Shown: positions 56,374 through 64,000 of the stretch, in pieces
Position numbering within the stretch: position 1 is the first letter of the stretch
How the letters are laid out: every line of letters starts with the position of its first letter
Origin: the human T2T-CHM13v2.0 reference genome, Homo sapiens
Assembly: GCF_009914755.1 (NCBI RefSeq)
Contig: NC_060927.1
Reading direction: 5' to 3' (one strand)
Length of the DNA: 64,000 nt
Position numbers and translations under genes: made by a program
Notes under the pieces: model-generated
What the model was told of the DNA's origin: nothing
The model's database searches: none
What the model saw: only the letters and a program-made list of their open reading frames with translations

Positions 56374-56707
56374 CAGATGTTCCCAACCCCTGGGCTATAA
56401 ACTTGTGTCACTCAATGGCCTGTTAGGAACTAAGCCACAGGAGATGAGTGGCAGGAGAGCAAACATTACCACCTGAGCTCTACCTCCTGTCAGATCAGCA
56501 GTAGTATTAGATTCTCATAGGAGCACAAACCCTATTATGAACTGTGAGTGTGAGGGATCTAGGTTGTGCACTCCATATGAGAATATAACTCATGCCTGAT
56601 GATCTGAGGTGGAACAGTTTATCCCAAAACCATCCCCGCCTGGGGTCTATAGAAAAATTATCTTCCATGAAACTCGTCCCTGGTCCCCAACCTTTTGGGG
56701 ACCACTG
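56374..56707 (+). mobile_element. MER1B (hAT-Charlie)
   Basis: ggcctgttaggaac...cctcctgtcagatcagc...attagattctcataggagc...gggatctaggttg, exact 8-bp TSD ATGTAAGG. Confidence 0.9.
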
Positions 56708-56872
56708 ATGTAAGGAATGAAAGTAGAAGGATGGAGCCTGCTGCACCTGGGAAGGACAGGGAAAATGCTGAGTGTGGATCAAGTCTAAGTTACCAATCAG
56801 GACCATGGATACACATTGGCTGCTATTCAGAATCCCATCCTGGTGCTCTTGGTGGTGTTTAAAGGGACCTTC

Positions 56873-57720
56873 TGTATTAGTTTTCACACTGCTTTAGAAC
56901 TACCTGAGACTGGGTAATTTATAAAGGAAAGAGATTTAATTGATTTACTGTACCACATGGCTGGGGAGGCCTGAGGGAATACAATAGTGGTAGAGGATGA
57001 AGGGGAAGCAAGGCATATCTTACATGACAGCAGGAGAGAGAGATAGAGCGAGGGGGACACTGCCAAACACTTTTAAACTATCACATCTCATGAGAACTCA
57101 CTATCACAAGAACAGCATGGGGGAAACTGCCCCCATGATCCAATTATCTCCCATTAGGTCCCTCCCTTGACATGTGGAGATTAAAATTTGAGATGAGATT
57201 TAGGTGGGGACATAGAGCCAAACCATATCATTCTGTCCCTGGTCCCTCCAAAATCTCATGTCCTCCTCACATTTCTAAATGCAATCCTGCCTTCCCAACA
57301 GTGACCCAAAGTCTTAACTCATTCCAGCATTAACTCAAAAGTCCAAGTCCAAAGTCTCATCTGAGATAAGGCAAGTCCCTTCTGCCTATGACCCTGTAAG
57401 ATCAAAAGCAATTTAGTTACTTCCTAGATACAATGGGAATACAGGCATTGGGTAAATGTTCCCATTCCAAATGGGAGAAATTTGCCATAACAAAGGGGCC
57501 ACAGGCCCCATGCAAGTCTGAAACCCAGCAGGCTACTCATTAAAACTTAAAGCTCCAATATAATCTCCTTTGACTTCATGTCTCACATCCAGGGCATGCT
57601 GATGTAATGAGTGGGTTCCCAAGGCCTTAGGCAGCTCAGCCTCTGTGGCTCTGCACTGTACCACCTCCTTGGCTGCTTTCCCAGGCTAGTGTTGAGTGCC
57701 TTCAGCTTTTCCAGGTGCAG
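56873..57720 (-). mobile_element. THE1D/MSTA-like 3' LTR (56873-57230) plus adjoining MaLR internal sequence, truncated
   Basis: LTR ends aaccataTCA, followed by polypurine-tract-like ttctgtccctggtccc and internal motifs (aaagtcttaactcattccagcattaactcaaaagtcca..., ttagttacttcctagatacaatggg). Confidence 0.88.
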
Positions 57721-57738
57721 TTACATTCTTGCTCTCTC

Positions 57739-60865
<3,127 letters not shown>

Positions 60866-61194
60866 AATTTCTCTAACATTCAGCCTCCCTCTTTCTTAAT
60901 GCTTCTTTAGTAATTTACTTCTTTCCCCCTAAAGCTTTATCTAGTCTCTTCTTATTTAACCCTCCTTCTCACTGGTTCCTCTAACTAAAAGAGTTGGTCC
61001 TTCTTTCTAAGGTTAAATCAATGCTCTAGTTATTACTCTATCAGACACCAATTTTTTCTTTCTTTCATCTTCAATATCTTGTTTTTACCTATAGGATATT
61101 CCATTTCCTTCTATTCTAGACAGACTATTTCCTTAACTCTCCTCAGTGTCCTCTTATCTTTCTGAAGAGGTAATTTTTGTTACTATTTAGGCAT

Positions 61195-61490
61195 ATTCAA
61201 TTAATAATTATTTTTTGATCAATTACTATATTCCAGACACTGTTATAAATACTGGAAATGAAGAAGGAAAAAGACTATACATTTTAAAAAATGAATAAGA
61301 TAATTTAAGAAAGTGATAAATGTTTTGAAGAAAATAGGGTAATGTCATGAGGAATGACAGGCAGGAGTAGTGGAGCTATTTTACATGGGATTTTTAGGGA
61401 AAACCCCACTGAGGTGACATTTAAGATAGCACCTGAGTGAAGAGAAGTCAATTTTGTGGCGGTCCGGAGGAAGAGTGCTCAAGGCAGAAC
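61195..61490 (-). mobile_element. L2 fragment
   Basis: tactatattccagacactgtt...ctgaggtgacatttaag...gaagagtgctcaaggcaga. Confidence 0.6.
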
Positions 61491-62334
61491 ACATCTATAT
61501 ACACATATCCCTACAGACACATTATATGTACACATACCTAGAGATATATATTTTCACATTGATCCTGAGTTCCTAATATTACCTCTTAAAGGACTTCCTA
61601 TTCAGTACCCATTTCCATAGTACTATGTTTCCATGGTAACTTAGGTCACTTAAAGACTAGTCTGGTTTACATTGTCTAATAATTTGTCTGATTTTATGTT
61701 GCCTGAGGGGAACTTATGAGAGCTAGGGTAATTCGTGTCCCTGGCCAGCCTCAAATGGATGTTCTAGACATGGTTGTACAGGAAATATAAAGTACTCTGT
61801 GACTCCAAAGTTGATAGTCTTTTGCCAACTTCATTCTCCTCCACTCTCCACTAATACAAAAATTTATATTGTTGGATAGGAAAATGGAAGACCTTTAAAG
61901 GGAAAAATCAGTCTGACACTCTAAGGTTGCTCTTAACTCTTTTAGCCCTTGAAGCTACCCTTTCATTACCACCTCTTCAGCTTTTGGCATCTTGGGATGT
62001 GTACTCTATAAGCACTGAAAGATCCAAGTTATTTTATCATTTGGCAGAAATGGTATTCTTTGTGTCTTCTACCTCCTGCCCACATTCAATAGAATGGATG
62101 TTATTTTTAAATGCATTAGTTTTACCTTTCTACAAAGAGAAAGGTGGAGTCAATTATTCTAAGGCAAAAAGGTATTGAAGAAAAATGCAGGAGTCTAAGA
62201 CATCAGTCACAAAGAAATATGAACAAGAATAGCTTGGACTTGTATCTCTCCCTCCTGATTAAGCTGGAAGCCCAAAATAGCCTCTAATAATACCATCTGT
62301 AACCTCCTTAATCTCTTAGCTTCTTTCTTTACTC

Positions 62335-62760
62335 AGGTTATGCTAATCAAATTCTCTTTGTGAAGGTCATCAGTGACAAACGACCTTTTGGTTAACAATG
62401 TTCAATGGTCACTTAACAATGCTGTCTTCCACCTTTCAACAGCACTTGATGCCGTCAACCACACTTAGCCACTTGTAGTTCTGCCTCTCTTTATGCAGTA
62501 AATAGTACTGCTCTGTTGGTCTTTTTTTATCTTCTACCATCTTCCCTTTAAGTTTCATTTTAGCTGAATTTTCCACTACCATCCCATTATTGTGAAGGCA
62601 CACTTTTTTCTCCCTGTGTGTCACCATCAGTGATGTCAACTATTACCTCAATAGGAATGGCCCCAACATCCAAATCTGTAGCCTAAACCACCTCTAAAGA
62701 CCCAGCCATTGTCAATTGCTTGCTGGCATTTTCTTCTAGATACCTTTACTTGCACCTTGT
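62335..62760 (+). mobile_element. Decayed L2 fragment
   Basis: aaggtcatcagtgac...caatggtcactt...cagcacttgatgccgtcaaccac...ccaacatccaaatctgtagcc. Confidence 0.45.
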
Positions 62761-64000
62761 CCATTTTTGGCCCAGCTCCTGAAGGCTCCTGGCCTGGACA
62801 AATGCACCAAGGTTCTCGTGAAAGAAATGTCCTTGCTTGAGCCTAGTATTCCCACACTTAGATTTGCAGTCACCCCTGCCCACTTTTACTTGCTTGGACT
62901 TACTGTGTTTATTTGATCTTTTCTGTGCTTTAGGATATGCCTTTGTTTGATGTGCTGACCTGTGGCTTCCTCCCCTTCTCTCTTTTTAAAAAATCCTGGT
63001 TATTCATCTTATCTCTTTGGTTTTGTTGGATAATTCTATGATTAATCTCCTGGGCAATATTCCCAATAAGCTCAACTTTTTCCACTACCCTACTGGAAAC
63101 ATCTATCCCCTTTAACAAAACCTGTGCTTTAATTAATGTGTTTAAATCTGGGCTTATTATCTTCATCACAAACCCAACTGCATGGCTATTTTTCATTCCT
63201 TTCAAGGCATCAGTATTCTCACAGAATCTCAAGTGCGAAACCTGATTCATCTTTGACTGCTCCCTTTCCTCTACTTCTTACAGTCATTCTGTCAGTTTTC
63301 TTTCTAACTTTTAATCCCCCTATCCTCACTTCCAGTTGTGAAAACCCCTAAATGTTGATCTTATATACCATTTGTGCCTGTGCAGACTTCTTAATAACTA
63401 TGATCAGAATTTGGTTTATTTTAATTGCAAACATGCATTGTTCTTTGCATTTTAACTGCTTATAAGACAACCAGATCACTCATGAGTGAAATAAAAAAGA
63501 AATAAGGACTAAGATCTCTTTTGTTTCTCTTCAGTGTCATTTACTTACAACAACCTAACAAAGAGTTATAAATTGACTATTTAAAATGGTGTAGTACAGT
63601 TTTTAGTACATTGGCCTTCATTTACACAAAACATAAGACTCTAGCTGTGTTAAGCAGGAAGTGACTTAATATAGAGAATTAAGTTAAATAAAAAATTGGC
63701 AGAAGGGCTCGGGCCTTTGGCTGTGCCATGAATACCTCTTAGAAGAACGTTGTGGGATCAGCCCATATAGAAGCTATAACTCTCATCAGAAAGCTACCAA
63801 TTGGGAGTGTAAGCTCAAAATGCAAACTCATTTGGCCAGGTTCCAGGGGTCAGGAAGCCACTGCCATGTTTTTGGAGAGATGCCAAGCCTTCTAGCTATC
63901 TACTGAGGAAAGAAACAAATGTTCTATGCCTTGCCTCTTGACACCCATAAAGACAATGATGTTGACGCTGTTGCGGAAAAACCCAATATCATTCCAACCA

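Overview
Primate (human-like) non-coding genomic DNA, AT-rich and CpG-depleted, with roughly half or more derived from transposable elements. It contains Alus (J, S, Y), L1 fragments (L1PA to L1M), L2/MIR relics, many solo LTRs (ERV1, ERVK/HML, ERVL, MaLR), hAT/Tigger DNA-transposon fossils and microsatellites. I find no intact protein-coding gene, RNA gene or CRISPR array. The ORF-track entries are repeat-derived or chance ORFs, and the only real protein homology is decayed L1 ORF2 plus a stub of an ERV gag. I cannot identify the locus. I do not see a new biological system. The most interesting signals are mutational footprints readable from the sequence: a 75-bp locally templated insertion with an 8-bp target duplication, a template-switch perfected hairpin with inverted spacer in MER1B, a target site present four times at an Alu pile-up, a deletion-truncated tRNA-Ile-primed provirus, a twin-primed L1, divergent LTR8-family LTRs, a duplicated AP-1-bearing module, and an unexplained terminal-exon/retrocopy-like segment. 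Repeat subfamily names come from remembered consensus sequences and need RepeatMasker/Dfam confirmation.
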